Shown here: positions 51,046 to 60,622 of the stretch, in pieces | Layout of the letters: each line of letters begins with the position of its first letter | How positions within the stretch are numbered: the first letter of the stretch is position 1 | Source: Dehalococcoidia bacterium | Lineage (GTDB): Bacteria > Chloroflexota > Dehalococcoidia > Lucifugimonadales > UBA1123 | Assembly (NCBI GenBank): GCA_965214745.1 | Contig: OZ243978.1 | Location: forward strand, 2,722,491-2,786,490 | Direction: 5' to 3' | DNA length: 64,000 nucleotides | Program-made: the position numbers and the translations under genes | The notes under the pieces: model-generated | Told to the model about the DNA's origin: nothing | The model's database searches: none | Seen by the model: the letters and a program-made list of their open reading frames with translations, nothing else

Positions 51046-51795
51046 ATGAGACTGCAAGGCAAGGTGGCGCTCATCTCCGGCGGCGCGCGCGGACAGGGCG
51101 CGACCGAAGGCGAACTGTTCGCCAAGGAGGGCGCGAAAGTGGCGCTCGCGGATATACTGGACGCGGAGGGCGAGGCAGTCGCCGCGCGGATACGCGCCGA
51201 CGGCGGCGAGGCTATCTACATACACCTAGACGTTGCGAGCGAAGACGATTGGCGAAACGCCGTCGAAACCGTAGTGAAAACTTTTGGCGGGCTGCACGTT
51301 CTCATCAACAACGCCGCCATCTACAGCCGCGTACCGATAGTCGATACAGACGTGGAGGAGTGGCGGCGGATAATGGAGATAAACTCCACCGGCGTTTTTT
51401 TGGGGTCCAAACACGCCATCCCCGCAATGCAGGCAAGCGGCGGCGGCTCCATCATCAACATATCGTCCACCGCCGGGCTTGTCGGGTCTGGAAGAGGAAG
51501 CGCGTATGGCGCGTCCAAGGGCAGCGTGCGGCTTTTTACGAAGTACACCGCCGTTCAGCACGCCAAAGAGGGCATCCGCGCCAACTCCATCCATCCCGGA
51601 CCCATCGACACCGATATGATCGCCGACAACCTCGCCGATCCCGAAAGTCGCGCCGAGTCCGAAGCTCGGGTGCCGCTAGGACGCATCGGCAGCGTAATGG
51701 ATGTGGCGTACGGCGCGCTGTTCCTAGCGTCTGACGAGGCTTCCTACATGACGGGCGCGGAGCTCGTCATCGACGGCGGCGTCACCGCGCAGTAG
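51046..51795 (+). CDS. SDR-family oxidoreductase
   Basis: Start at MRLQGKVALISGGARGQG (AGGAGG upstream), 249 aa. NNAAI, S...YGASK catalytic motif. Confidence 0.9.
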   Translation: MRLQGKVALISGGARGQGATEGELFAKEGAKVALADILDAEGEAVAARIRADGGEAIYIHLDVASEDDWRNAVETVVKTFGGLHVLINNAAIYSRVPIVDTDVEEWRRIMEINSTGVFLGSKHAIPAMQASGGGSIINISSTAGLVGSGRGSAYGASKGSVRLFTKYTAVQHAKEGIRANSIHPGPIDTDMIADNLADPESRAESEARVPLGRIGSVMDVAYGALFLASDEASYMTGAELVIDGGVTAQ

Positions 51796-51799
51796 CGAT

Positions 51800-52906
51800 T
51801 TGACGCTCCAACAAGTAGACAGCCACCAAGGGGCGGAGCGCGTCGAGGCGGTGGAGCCGCGTCTGCGCGATGGCGCCGCGCTCGCCGCGCGGTTCAGGAC
51901 GTTCGCGGATGTGGAATGCTCAGGAGAGAGCGGGTTGAACGTCGAATCGCCCACATACGAAGCCCTCTCCCGAGCGATAGCCGACGACGCAAAGCTGCTT
52001 GGCTTGGCGCGCGAATGCCGCATCGGGCAGCCGCTGCCCAACTTGTTCTTTGCCGCCGTCAAGCGCGCGCTGGCGGACGATACTCGCGCGGAGCTTGCGC
52101 GCCACTACGAGCGAGCGGCGAGCGGCGAGCCTCCCTCGCCCACAATCGGGTCCGCGTTCGCGGACTTCTGCGCCGACAACCGCGGGCGAATCGCCCGCCT
52201 AGCGCGCAGTCGCCTCGTCCAGACGAACGAGATTCGCAGGTGCGCCTACCTCATGCCCGCGTTCGGCGTCGTCGCGCTCGACGCTCCGCGCCGTCCGCTC
52301 GCGCTGATCGACGTGGGCGCGAGCGCGGGGCTGAACCTGCTGTGGGACAGATACCGCTACCGATACTCCGACGGCTCGCGCTACGGACCTTCCGGCTCCG
52401 CCGTTGTCGTGGAGAGCGAAACGCGGACGCCGATGCCGCCGCTTCCAGCGCGATTTCCGCGCGTCGCCTTCCGCGTCGGGATAGACCTATCGCCCGTGAA
52501 CCTGCGCGACGATGAGGAATACGCTTGGATGCGCGCGTTGGTGTGGCCCGACCATCCCGACCGCGCCGCGCTGCTCGACGCCGCGCGCGATATATGGCTG
52601 GAAGACCCGCCCGAAATCCGCGCCGGCGACGCGCTCGACCTGCTGCCCGCGGCGCTCGCGGACGCTCCGCCGGACGCCGCGCTGTGCGTGTTCCACTGCC
52701 ACACGCTGAATCAGCTGCCGCCGTCGGCGCGCGGCGAGCTGTACGCCTTGCTGGAGAGCGAATCGCATCGGCGAACGGTGTATCATATCCCATCCGAAGG
52801 CGAGCGCATGGAGACGCTGCGAATCGAACGCGGGCGGTCTGCGACGCTGCTATCCGCAATCCGCAGCGCGCACGGGCGCTGGATAGAGTGGGAGACTGCG
52901 CCATGA
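51800..52906 (+). CDS. DUF2332-family protein
   Basis: ...FADVECSGESGLNVESPTYEALSRAIADDAKLLGLARECRIGQPLPNLFFAAV... resembles DUF2332. The TTG start at 51800 is uncertain. The stop overlaps the ATG of the next gene (ATGA). Confidence 0.55.
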   Translation: MTLQQVDSHQGAERVEAVEPRLRDGAALAARFRTFADVECSGESGLNVESPTYEALSRAIADDAKLLGLARECRIGQPLPNLFFAAVKRALADDTRAELARHYERAASGEPPSPTIGSAFADFCADNRGRIARLARSRLVQTNEIRRCAYLMPAFGVVALDAPRRPLALIDVGASAGLNLLWDRYRYRYSDGSRYGPSGSAVVVESETRTPMPPLPARFPRVAFRVGIDLSPVNLRDDEEYAWMRALVWPDHPDRAALLDAARDIWLEDPPEIRAGDALDLLPAALADAPPDAALCVFHCHTLNQLPPSARGELYALLESESHRRTVYHIPSEGERMETLRIERGRSATLLSAIRSAHGRWIEWETAP

Positions 52907-53409
52907 AACCGAGCATAGTCCGCGTGAACATCGCAGTAAACGGGCGCTCGCTCGCGCTGGACGTCGATACGCGCTGGACGCTGCTCGACGCGCTGCGAAA
53001 CGAGCTTGGGCTGACGGGCGCGAAGCGCGGATGCGACCGCGGCGAGTGCGGCGCCTGCACCGCGCTTGTCGGCGATGCGCCCGTCAACTCCTGCATGACG
53101 CTCGCCGCCACGCTAGACGGCGCGTCCATCCGAACCGTCGAGGGGCTGGCTGACGGCGATTGCGGCGGCGGCTCGGTCGAGTCGCTCCACCCGATACAGC
53201 GCGCGTTTCTCGAAAACGACGGCGCGCAGTGCGGATTCTGCACCCCCGGCATCCTGATGAGCGCCGTCGCGCTGCTCGAATCGAACCCTGCGCCGTCCGA
53301 CGACGAAATCCACGCCGCGCTTGCGGGCAACATCTGCCGATGCAATGCCTACGGACGCATCATCGCATCCGTGCGAGCGGCTAGCGACGCTATGGAGCGA
53401 CGCCCATGA
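52903..53409 (+). CDS. (2Fe-2S)-binding small subunit of a xanthine-dehydrogenase-family molybdenum hydroxylase
   Basis: Start at MKPSIVRVNIAVNG, 168 aa. CDRGECGACT and QCGFCTPG...CRC cluster motifs. Confidence 0.9.
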   Translation: MKPSIVRVNIAVNGRSLALDVDTRWTLLDALRNELGLTGAKRGCDRGECGACTALVGDAPVNSCMTLAATLDGASIRTVEGLADGDCGGGSVESLHPIQRAFLENDGAQCGFCTPGILMSAVALLESNPAPSDDEIHAALAGNICRCNAYGRIIASVRAASDAMERRP

Positions 53410-55667
53410 CCGCCAACACGATGAACGTCGTCGGCGCGTCGGCAATCCGGCGCGATTTGCCGCCCAAGCTCACCGGCGCGGCTCAGTACGCCGCCGACGT
53501 TCGCTTGCCGGGAACGCTCGTCGGCAAAATTCTTCGCAGCCCGCATCCCCACGCGCGCATCGTGTCCGTCGACGCGCGCGCGGCGGCGCGCGCGGAAGGC
53601 GTTCGCGCCACGCTGACGCCATTCGACGTCCCAGACGGGAGCATCGCGCCGGACGCGCCCATACTCGATACCGAAGTACGTTTCGTTGGCGACGAGGTTG
53701 CCGCGCTCGCAGCCGAAGACGAATACGCAGCGCAGCGCTCGCTCGCGCTAATCGAGGTGGAGTACGAGCCGCTGCCGTTCGTAACCGACGCGGAAGCCGC
53801 TATCTCCCCAGACGCGCCGCCGGTTCACGCGGGCGGCAACCTAGTCGGCAGAGAGCCGCTCACGCTGGAGCGCGGCAGCGTGGAAGACGGGTTCGCAAAC
53901 GCGGACTTCATCGTGGAAGACACGTTCGCCACCCCCGCCCACTCAGGCGCAGCGCTCGAACCGCGAGCCGCGCTCGCAAGCTGGGACGGCGAGCGGCTCA
54001 CCGTGTGGAAGTCCACTCGCGGCGCGCACCAAGATCAGCTGCTGCTGTCGCTCGCGCTCGGCATCCCGCGCGAACGGGTTCGCGTTATAGGCGCGCATAT
54101 GGGCGCGGGATACGGCAACAAAGACGAAACGCGGCTGTCCGTCATAGCCGCCATCCTCGCGCGGCGCGCCCGCCGTCCGGTTCTCATAGAGGCGACGCGG
54201 GAGGAAGAGTTCATCGCCGGGAGGCACCGCCACGCCACGCGCACCCGCGTTCGCATGGGCGTTCGGCGCAATGGCGAGATAACCGCCGTCCACGCATCCA
54301 CCATCATGGACACGGGCGCGTATCTGTCATCCGGACCGGGCGTTATTCGTCGCGCGGGGCAGGCGGCGCTGTACCTATACCGCTGCCCCAACGTTCGTTA
54401 CGATGGCTATCTCGCATACACCAACACGCCGTCGGGCGGCTCGTACCGCGCGCTCGGAGCGCCGCAAGGGCACTTCGCGTTGGAGCTGATAGCCGACCGC
54501 GCCGCGCGCGAGCTTGGCATGGACGCGCTGGAGTTTCGGCTAAAGAACCACGTCGGCATCGAGGGGCAGCCCGGCGAGCGCTCCACGCCCGCGAACCAGA
54601 TTGTGGACACGCAGCCGGTGGAAGGCGGCATCCCGTTTTCCAGCAACGGGCTGCGCGAGTGCATAGAGCGCGGCGCGGCTGAGTTCGGCTGGGGCGAAGG
54701 GCTAGAGCAACCCGCCAACCCCGCCCTGCGGCGCGGCAATGGCATGGCTATATTCATATACCGCGGCGGACCCGGCGGACGCTCTATCGCGCGGATGCGG
54801 CTGGAGGAAGATGGGACGCTGCGGCTGCTCTCCGGCATGATGGACGTTGGCGAGGGCAGCATAACCGTGCTGACGCAGATAGCCGCCGAGACGCTCGGCG
54901 TTCGATACGACCAGATAGCCGCCACGTTCGGCGACACAGCCACGACGCCCGACTCTCCCATCACAGCGGGATCCACCGGCACGTTCTCCGCCGGGCAAGC
55001 CGTCGAGCGCGCCGCCGCCAAGCTGCGCCGCCGCCTGCTGGACACGGCAAGCGGTCTGCTAGGCGCGCCCAAAGGCAAGCTGACGCTGGACGCGGATGGC
55101 ATAGCCGGGCGGGGCGCCCCGCCCCTCGCGTTCGAGCGTCTCGCCGCGCTCGCCGGGGAGATCGAGGTCGAAGCGGCAGTGTCGCCGGGAAGCGCGGATT
55201 ACATCGTCAACTCGTTCGGCGCGCACTTCGCGGAAGTCGAAGTGGACACCGACACCGGCGAAGTTCGCGTCGTTCGATACGTCGCCGCGCACGACTCGGG
55301 ACGCATCATCAATCCCACGCTGGCTGCGAACCAAGTAGAGGGCGGCATCTCGCAGATGCTCGGATTCACGCTCGGCGAGCAGATGCACACCGACCCGCTC
55401 AGCGGAGTGACGCTCAACGCCAACTTCCTAGACCACAAAAGCCCTACGATACTGGAGTACCCAGACATTCGCGTACTGTTCGCGGACGTGGCGGACCCCA
55501 TCGGACCCTACGGCGCCAAGGCGCTCGGCGAGCCGCCCAGCATCGGCGTCGCGCCCGCAGTCGTCAACGCCATCCGCGACGCGGCGGGCATAGAGCCGCG
55601 AGACCTGCCGGCGACGCCTGACAAGATTCTCGATCTGCTGGCTGAGAGAGACGAGCGCAACCCATGA
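53406..55667 (+). CDS. molybdopterin-binding large subunit (xanthine dehydrogenase / aldehyde oxidoreductase family)
   Basis: 753 aa. ...KLTGAAQYAADV..., ...GAHMGAGYGNK..., ...GGSYRALGAPQG..., ...GAKALGEPP... No CO-dehydrogenase AYRCSFR-type loop seen. Confidence 0.9.
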   Translation: MTANTMNVVGASAIRRDLPPKLTGAAQYAADVRLPGTLVGKILRSPHPHARIVSVDARAAARAEGVRATLTPFDVPDGSIAPDAPILDTEVRFVGDEVAALAAEDEYAAQRSLALIEVEYEPLPFVTDAEAAISPDAPPVHAGGNLVGREPLTLERGSVEDGFANADFIVEDTFATPAHSGAALEPRAALASWDGERLTVWKSTRGAHQDQLLLSLALGIPRERVRVIGAHMGAGYGNKDETRLSVIAAILARRARRPVLIEATREEEFIAGRHRHATRTRVRMGVRRNGEITAVHASTIMDTGAYLSSGPGVIRRAGQAALYLYRCPNVRYDGYLAYTNTPSGGSYRALGAPQGHFALELIADRAARELGMDALEFRLKNHVGIEGQPGERSTPANQIVDTQPVEGGIPFSSNGLRECIERGAAEFGWGEGLEQPANPALRRGNGMAIFIYRGGPGGRSIARMRLEEDGTLRLLSGMMDVGEGSITVLTQIAAETLGVRYDQIAATFGDTATTPDSPITAGSTGTFSAGQAVERAAAKLRRRLLDTASGLLGAPKGKLTLDADGIAGRGAPPLAFERLAALAGEIEVEAAVSPGSADYIVNSFGAHFAEVEVDTDTGEVRVVRYVAAHDSGRIINPTLAANQVEGGISQMLGFTLGEQMHTDPLSGVTLNANFLDHKSPTILEYPDIRVLFADVADPIGPYGAKALGEPPSIGVAPAVVNAIRDAAGIEPRDLPATPDKILDLLAERDERNP

Positions 55668-56650
55668 CCCCCTTCCGCATTCTGCGCCCCGACACGCTGC
55701 CAGCCGCGCGCGACATGCTTGCCGCCGAAGCCGACGCGAAGATTCTCGCGGGCGGCAGCGACCTGCTGGGCGAGATGAAGGAGGGCGTCATCCGTCCAGC
55801 CACGCTAGTGGACATCGGCGGCGTAAGCGACATAGACGGCATTCGGACTTCAGCGCGCGGCGCGACCATTGGCGCGCTGGCGACGCTGGCGAGCGTCGAG
55901 CGACACGCGGACATCTCCCAGCGCTGGACGGCGCTCGCGCAGGCGGCGGCATCCGTAGCCACGCCGCAGATTCGCAACGTCGGCACGCTTGGCGGCAATC
56001 TCTGCCAGCGTCCGCGCTGCTGGTACTACCGCAATCCGCTGTTCGACTGCTTCAAGAAAGGCGGCGACGCCTGCCCCGCCATAGGCGGCATGAACAAATA
56101 TCACGCGATACTCGGCGCGGAATCCGGCGGATGCTGCATCGTCCACCCGTCGGATGTCGCCGTCGCGCTCGTCGCTCTGGATGCCGAGTTCGAGACGTTC
56201 GGAGCGCGAGGCGCCCGGCGGATGCCGGCCGAGCGGTTCTTCGCAAGCCCCACGCAAAACCCGCTTGCCGAAACGACGCTCGGCGCGGGGGAGATGTTCG
56301 CGCGCGCCCACCTGCCGCCGCCCGCCGACGGCGCGCGCAGCGTCTACATCAAGGCGAAAGAGCGGCGCGCCTACGATTTCGCGCTAGCCAGCGTCGCCGC
56401 GCGCATAGACGTGGAGGACGGCGCAATAGTAGGCGCGCGATTCGCGCTCGGCGGCGTCGCGCCCACGCCCTACCCTCTGCCGGCGGTATCCGAAGCCGTC
56501 ATCGGCTCCGAAACGGCAAGCGTCGACGCGAGAGCGCTCGGCAGGTTGGCCGTGCAAGACGCGCGCCCGCTCAGCCGCAACGTCTACAAAGTCCGCCTGT
56601 CCGCCAACTTGGTGTCTAGGGCGATAGAAACGCTAATCCGAAAGTCCTGA
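55664..56650 (+). CDS. FAD-binding medium subunit (CoxM/XdhB-like)
   Basis: 328 aa. ...ILAGGSDLLGEMKEG..., ...IRNVGTLGGNLCQ... ATGA overlap with the large subunit. Confidence 0.88.
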   Translation: MTPFRILRPDTLPAARDMLAAEADAKILAGGSDLLGEMKEGVIRPATLVDIGGVSDIDGIRTSARGATIGALATLASVERHADISQRWTALAQAAASVATPQIRNVGTLGGNLCQRPRCWYYRNPLFDCFKKGGDACPAIGGMNKYHAILGAESGGCCIVHPSDVAVALVALDAEFETFGARGARRMPAERFFASPTQNPLAETTLGAGEMFARAHLPPPADGARSVYIKAKERRAYDFALASVAARIDVEDGAIVGARFALGGVAPTPYPLPAVSEAVIGSETASVDARALGRLAVQDARPLSRNVYKVRLSANLVSRAIETLIRKS

Positions 56651-56666
56651 GTATCCCGCGTATACT

Positions 56667-57449
56667 GTGAAACTCTCCGCAGATCTGCGCTCTGTCGCCG
56701 AATCAGCCCGCCCCGGCATCGCGCTAGACTTCGACGGCACGCTCTCCGAGGTTGCGCCCACGCCGCAAGCCGCTGTGATTCATCCGCGCTGCGCGACGGC
56801 GCTGAGGCTGGTCTTGCGCGAGTATCCTATCGTGGCGGTGGTGTCCGGGCGAGCCGCGCGAGACGTGGCGAGCAAGGTCGGAGAGCGCGACGCCGTATAC
56901 GTCGGCAGCCACGGCGCGGAGTGGATGGAAGGCGGCATCGTCCGCGAGGCTGCACCCCCGCCCGCTCAGCTCGACGCCGCCGTAGCCCGGCTGCGGGAGG
57001 AGCTCGACGCGCCCGGCATTATAGTCGAACACAAACGCTTCAGCGCGTCCGTCCACTACCGGCTTGCCAACAACCAAGCCGCGGCTCGACGGCGCATCGA
57101 ACGCGCGCTTGCCGACATCCCCCTAGACGGGCTGGAGACGTTCTGGGGGCGGATGCTTCTGGAGATACGCCCGGCGCGCGCGCCCACGAAAGGCGACGCC
57201 ATAGCAGCGCTGGCGGAAGAGCGCTCGCTAGACGCGCTCCTGTTCATCGGCGACGACACGACGGATATCGACGCTATGCGGCGATTGCGCGCGCTGCCCG
57301 ACATCGCCGCCGTCGGCGTGGCGGTGGCGTCTCCCGAAACCCCGCCGGCGCTCATCGAAGCGGCGAGATGCGCGGTGAACGGCGTCCCGCGAGTGGCAGA
57401 GCTGCTAGAGCTTATGGCTGCTGCGCGACGCGAAAGCAAGATCGCATAG
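56667..57449 (+). CDS. otsB: trehalose-phosphatase (HAD superfamily)
   Basis: 260 aa, GTG start. HAD motif I ALDFDGTLS. ...IEHKRFSASVHYR..., ...LEIRP....KG.A..., ...FIGDDTTD... Confidence 0.7.
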   Translation: MKLSADLRSVAESARPGIALDFDGTLSEVAPTPQAAVIHPRCATALRLVLREYPIVAVVSGRAARDVASKVGERDAVYVGSHGAEWMEGGIVREAAPPPAQLDAAVARLREELDAPGIIVEHKRFSASVHYRLANNQAAARRRIERALADIPLDGLETFWGRMLLEIRPARAPTKGDAIAALAEERSLDALLFIGDDTTDIDAMRRLRALPDIAAVGVAVASPETPPALIEAARCAVNGVPRVAELLELMAAARRESKIA

Positions 57450-57492
57450 GCGAACGGGATATCCCGTTCATCCTGCAAATCCATGCAATCCC

Positions 57493-57963
57493 CTAAGCCT
57501 CGGCAACCTCTACCCCCGTCATTGCCGTGATGGACGCTATGAAGCTGCCCGCGCCGTATCGTTTCACCTGCCAGCGGCGCAAGTCGCGCTCCTCCATGCC
57601 GCGCGCCTTTAGCTGGTAGTACGCCGGGCGCCCCACCGAGCCTTGCAGGATGACGAGCGCGCCCATGACGATGGCGACTATCGGCGCGATTAGATACCAC
57701 GCGAACAGCGTCAGCGTTCCGCCGATGAGCAGCGCCGCGCCCAGCGCCAGCCGCTTGCGGTCGGACACTCGCACCTCGCTTATGCTCTCCAAGTCTTCGT
57801 AGCGCAGCTCGTAAGTTCGGCTGCCGTCGCCGCGCTCGCTCAGCAGCAGCACGCGGCGCGACGTTGCGAGATATGGGCCAAAGCCGGACACGACGCGCTC
57901 GCCCGCGTCCAGATGCGGCGCGACGCGCTCCGCGGGCAGCGGCTCGGGCAGCATCTCCAGCAT
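57493..57963 (-). CDS. membrane protein with bacterial PH-like N-terminal domain (hypothetical)
   Basis: Start at MLEMLPEPL (57963), overlapping the cyclase stop by 1 nt (TGATG), 156 aa. Soluble N-terminal part followed by two TM helices. The longer tracked ORF overlaps the cyclase gene and is rejected. Confidence 0.45.
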   Translation of the reverse strand: MLEMLPEPLPAERVAPHLDAGERVVSGFGPYLATSRRVLLLSERGDGSRTYELRYEDLESISEVRVSDRKRLALGAALLIGGTLTLFAWYLIAPIVAIVMGALVILQGSVGRPAYYQLKARGMEERDLRRWQVKRYGAGSFIASITAMTGVEVAEA

Positions 57964-58934
57964 CAGAATATGGCTATCGGGTTCACAGGCGAGCCAGTCG
58001 TGTTGTTGAGCCGCAGCGGTCCTATCGACAGCATGAACTCCCACCGCCCGCGCTCGCGGCAAGCTTGCGCCAGCTCCTCTAGGTTGGCGTTGTCGAGAAT
58101 CCACAGCCCCATCGCCACGATGCCCACTTGGTGGATGGGGTTGGACATGCTGGGATACCCGCTGGGCATTACGTCGTTTCCCGTATCGCTGCCTATCATG
58201 GCGATGCCGCGCTCGTGGAACAGCGGCAGGCAAGCCGCCTGACACGCCGACGAGCCTTCCTCGCGCGGGTTCCAAGGTCCTTCGACGTTGCGGCGGTGGA
58301 GGTTGCCCGTGCGAACCAGCAGAACGTCGCCTTCTTCCACGCGGAAGCCGCAGCGCTCTTCAGCCGCTAGGATGTCTTCCGGCATCACGCCTTCGCCGCG
58401 CTCCAGCCAGTCGACGCCGCGAATCATCGGCGCGTCCACCAGAACGCCGCGCGTAACTATGCCCTCCTTGGCAAGCTCTATGGATTCGACCGTCGCGCCC
58501 AGCCCGGTGGATACCAGATGCGCGGGCTGGTCGTTGTACATCTTGCCGTTCCAAAAGAAATGGGCAAGGCTGTCTACATGCGTAATCGCATAGCCGTGGA
58601 ATATCATTCCGAAGAAGTCCGTCGAGCCTTGAGCCGTGCGGGTAGTTACCTTCTCGCCGCTCGCCCACCCTTCGCCGCTCTCCGTCATGAAGTGGATTGG
58701 CGGGATGGGTATGTCGGGCGCAGGCTCGAACATCACCGTGCGAGCGCAGGATACCGTCGTCCCCTCCTCCACTAGCGACACCGCGCGCCGGACCTTGTCA
58801 GCCCCCAGGAAGTTGAGCGTGCCCATCTGGTCGTCGCCGCCCCACCTGCCCCAGTTGGAGAGCGAATCGAAGTATCCGAGAACTTCCCGCTCGGACGGAA
58901 TGTTGCCTGTAGTCATGGCGGATGCCCCTTTCAC
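57963..58934 (-). CDS. cyclase-family protein (kynurenine-formamidase-like fold)
   Basis: 323 aa. ...SNWGRWGGDDQMGTLN..., ...HGYAITHVDSLAHF..., ...GSDTGNDV... GTG start at 58934; alternative ATG at 58916. Confidence 0.8.
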   Translation of the reverse strand: MKGASAMTTGNIPSEREVLGYFDSLSNWGRWGGDDQMGTLNFLGADKVRRAVSLVEEGTTVSCARTVMFEPAPDIPIPPIHFMTESGEGWASGEKVTTRTAQGSTDFFGMIFHGYAITHVDSLAHFFWNGKMYNDQPAHLVSTGLGATVESIELAKEGIVTRGVLVDAPMIRGVDWLERGEGVMPEDILAAEERCGFRVEEGDVLLVRTGNLHRRNVEGPWNPREEGSSACQAACLPLFHERGIAMIGSDTGNDVMPSGYPSMSNPIHQVGIVAMGLWILDNANLEELAQACRERGRWEFMLSIGPLRLNNTTGSPVNPIAIF

Positions 58935-59122
58935 CTAACGCGGATTCTGTGTCAGCGCAGTATACAACATAGGCGGCTAGGCTTCGGGGGGATTGCTGCG
59001 AGCGAGCTTCGGAGTCTTGCCCCGCCCCGCTCGGTATCATTGAGCTTCGCCGCGCTCGTCCATTATAGTTATAATCTCTCGTAGACTGTCGGATCGAGTA
59101 CAATGGTGCCTTTTGCGATACT

Positions 59123-59142
59123 CCCCCCCCCCCCCCCCCCCC
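59123..59142 (+). repeat. poly(C) homopolymer, 20 nt
   Basis: Read directly: ctCCCCCCCCCCCCCCCCCCCCgcgg. Lies 16 nt upstream of the TTG start at 59159 and 17 nt downstream of ATG 59103-59105. Confidence 0.95.
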
Positions 59143-59158
59143 GCGGCTCTGGAATAAA

Positions 59159-60622
59159 TTGGCCAAGCTGACATTCGCGGCTCTGCTTGTCGCGCTTGCC
59201 TTCAGCATAACTTACACCTCATCCGCGACAGCGTTTTCCGACTACGATCTCAGGCAAATCATCCTATTCGGCGCCGCCGTCAACGCCGCTCTCCTGCTCG
59301 GAGCGCTGCTCCTGCCGCGCCCCAGAGTCGACGCCGCCGTCCTGTCGCTGATAGTTCTGGCGGGCGTGGGCACGGCGCACGTCGTTCACACCGACATCTA
59401 TCTTGGCGGCAGCCGCGTGGTTCTCGTTCTGTTGTGCGTCGCGCTATATTTCGGGCTGTTCACCGCCTTTCGCGCCATAGACGATCTACGCTGGGGCGGC
59501 GCGGCGTTCTCGGCGGCGACGCTTCTGGCGCTTGCGGCTGTCGTAGTCCCCCACTGGGCGGGCGGCGCCGGCACAGTGGAAGGAGATACGTCGAACATTC
59601 GAGAAATCACATTCCAAGAGACGCCGAATCTGTATTTCGTCTCTTTCGAGTCATTGGCGCCAATATCTCTGCTCGACAAACACATGGGTTTAGAAACCAC
59701 CAAATTTCACGATGTTTTCGAGTCGAACTTCCGCCGTTTTCCTAATTTCTTCGCCGACCTATCCTCCACAGAGGCTTCCCTCAACTCGCTTCTGTCGTTG
59801 GAAGTAGATGTGTACAGTTCGTTGCGCCGAGAGTTGCACAGTCGGGGCTACGATTCTAATCCGTACCTCTTCGCTGGCCAAAATCCCAGCCCATTGCTGG
59901 GAATCCTGCGTAAAAACGGCTATGAAACCACCACGGCATACGGTACCTTCTACTTTGGAAAGCGCAAAGGCGCTTATGTCGATAACTACTTCGTATCCCA
60001 GAAAAACTCCGTCTGCAATTTATTGGACGCCGAGGCGCGAAATCTGGCTTTCTGGGGATACTGCCAATTCTTCGACGGAGGTTTTGTCCGGGACGCTCCC
60101 ATAATCGAGCATATCGCGAAAGTGTACGACAACGACAAGCCTCAATTCGTGATGGCGCATCTGTCCGTGCCGGGGCATACGGGAAAATCTTTCAGGCACG
60201 ACGATACGGAACATCTGGAAGAATTCAGGCTTTGGTACAGCAGTAGGATCGAAGAAAGAGCTGTCAGCTATCTGGAGCCAATCATCCAGAATTTGGAAGA
60301 AAACGACCCCAGCGCCATCCTGTTAGTGTACGGCGATCATGGACCAATTCTGTCAAGAGGCGTGGAGTTCGAGGACAACCCGGAGTTCGTCGTTCAGGAC
60401 AAGTATGGCATTCTAGGCGGCGTCTATCCCTCCGACGCCTGCGCCGTTTGGTTCGACGAAGCATCGGCGCAAGGCTACATGACTATCTTGAATGCCGTTC
60501 ACGCCCTGCTTCGCTGCCTGTCCGGCGGTGAAAGCGCGCTTGTCGAACCGCTGAAGCACAGGCTGGGCCGGTATAGTTCAATTCCCAACAATCTTGACTA
60601 CAAGGAGTTTGTGTATGAATGA
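59159..60622 (+). CDS. membrane-anchored sulfatase-like / alkaline-phosphatase-superfamily protein (LtaS/EptA-like)
   Basis: 487 aa, TTG start, ~5 N-terminal TM segments. Then NLYFVSFESLAP, STEASLNSLLS, MAHLSVPGH, LLVYGDHGP motifs. Visibly lower GC than the flanks. Confidence 0.6.
   Translation: MAKLTFAALLVALAFSITYTSSATAFSDYDLRQIILFGAAVNAALLLGALLLPRPRVDAAVLSLIVLAGVGTAHVVHTDIYLGGSRVVLVLLCVALYFGLFTAFRAIDDLRWGGAAFSAATLLALAAVVVPHWAGGAGTVEGDTSNIREITFQETPNLYFVSFESLAPISLLDKHMGLETTKFHDVFESNFRRFPNFFADLSSTEASLNSLLSLEVDVYSSLRRELHSRGYDSNPYLFAGQNPSPLLGILRKNGYETTTAYGTFYFGKRKGAYVDNYFVSQKNSVCNLLDAEARNLAFWGYCQFFDGGFVRDAPIIEHIAKVYDNDKPQFVMAHLSVPGHTGKSFRHDDTEHLEEFRLWYSSRIEERAVSYLEPIIQNLEENDPSAILLVYGDHGPILSRGVEFEDNPEFVVQDKYGILGGVYPSDACAVWFDEASAQGYMTILNAVHALLRCLSGGESALVEPLKHRLGRYSSIPNNLDYKEFVYE

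Noticed and set aside
52251-53345. 364-aa minus-strand ORF, plus many other long Arg/Ala/Pro-rich ORFs in the track (e.g. 3049..4134, 4113..5294, 37059..37799, 44137..45216, 46770..48107, 53321..54682).
   Set aside because: All overlap well-supported genes in other frames or on the other strand and translate to low-complexity R/A/G/P-rich sequence. They are shadow ORFs expected at this GC content.
59070-59075. TATAAT hexamer upstream of the poly(C) tract, as a promoter -10 element.
   Set aside because: No acceptable -35 element lies at 16-18 nt spacing (TTGAGC is 24 nt away). It is mentioned in the poly(C) finding but not annotated as a promoter.
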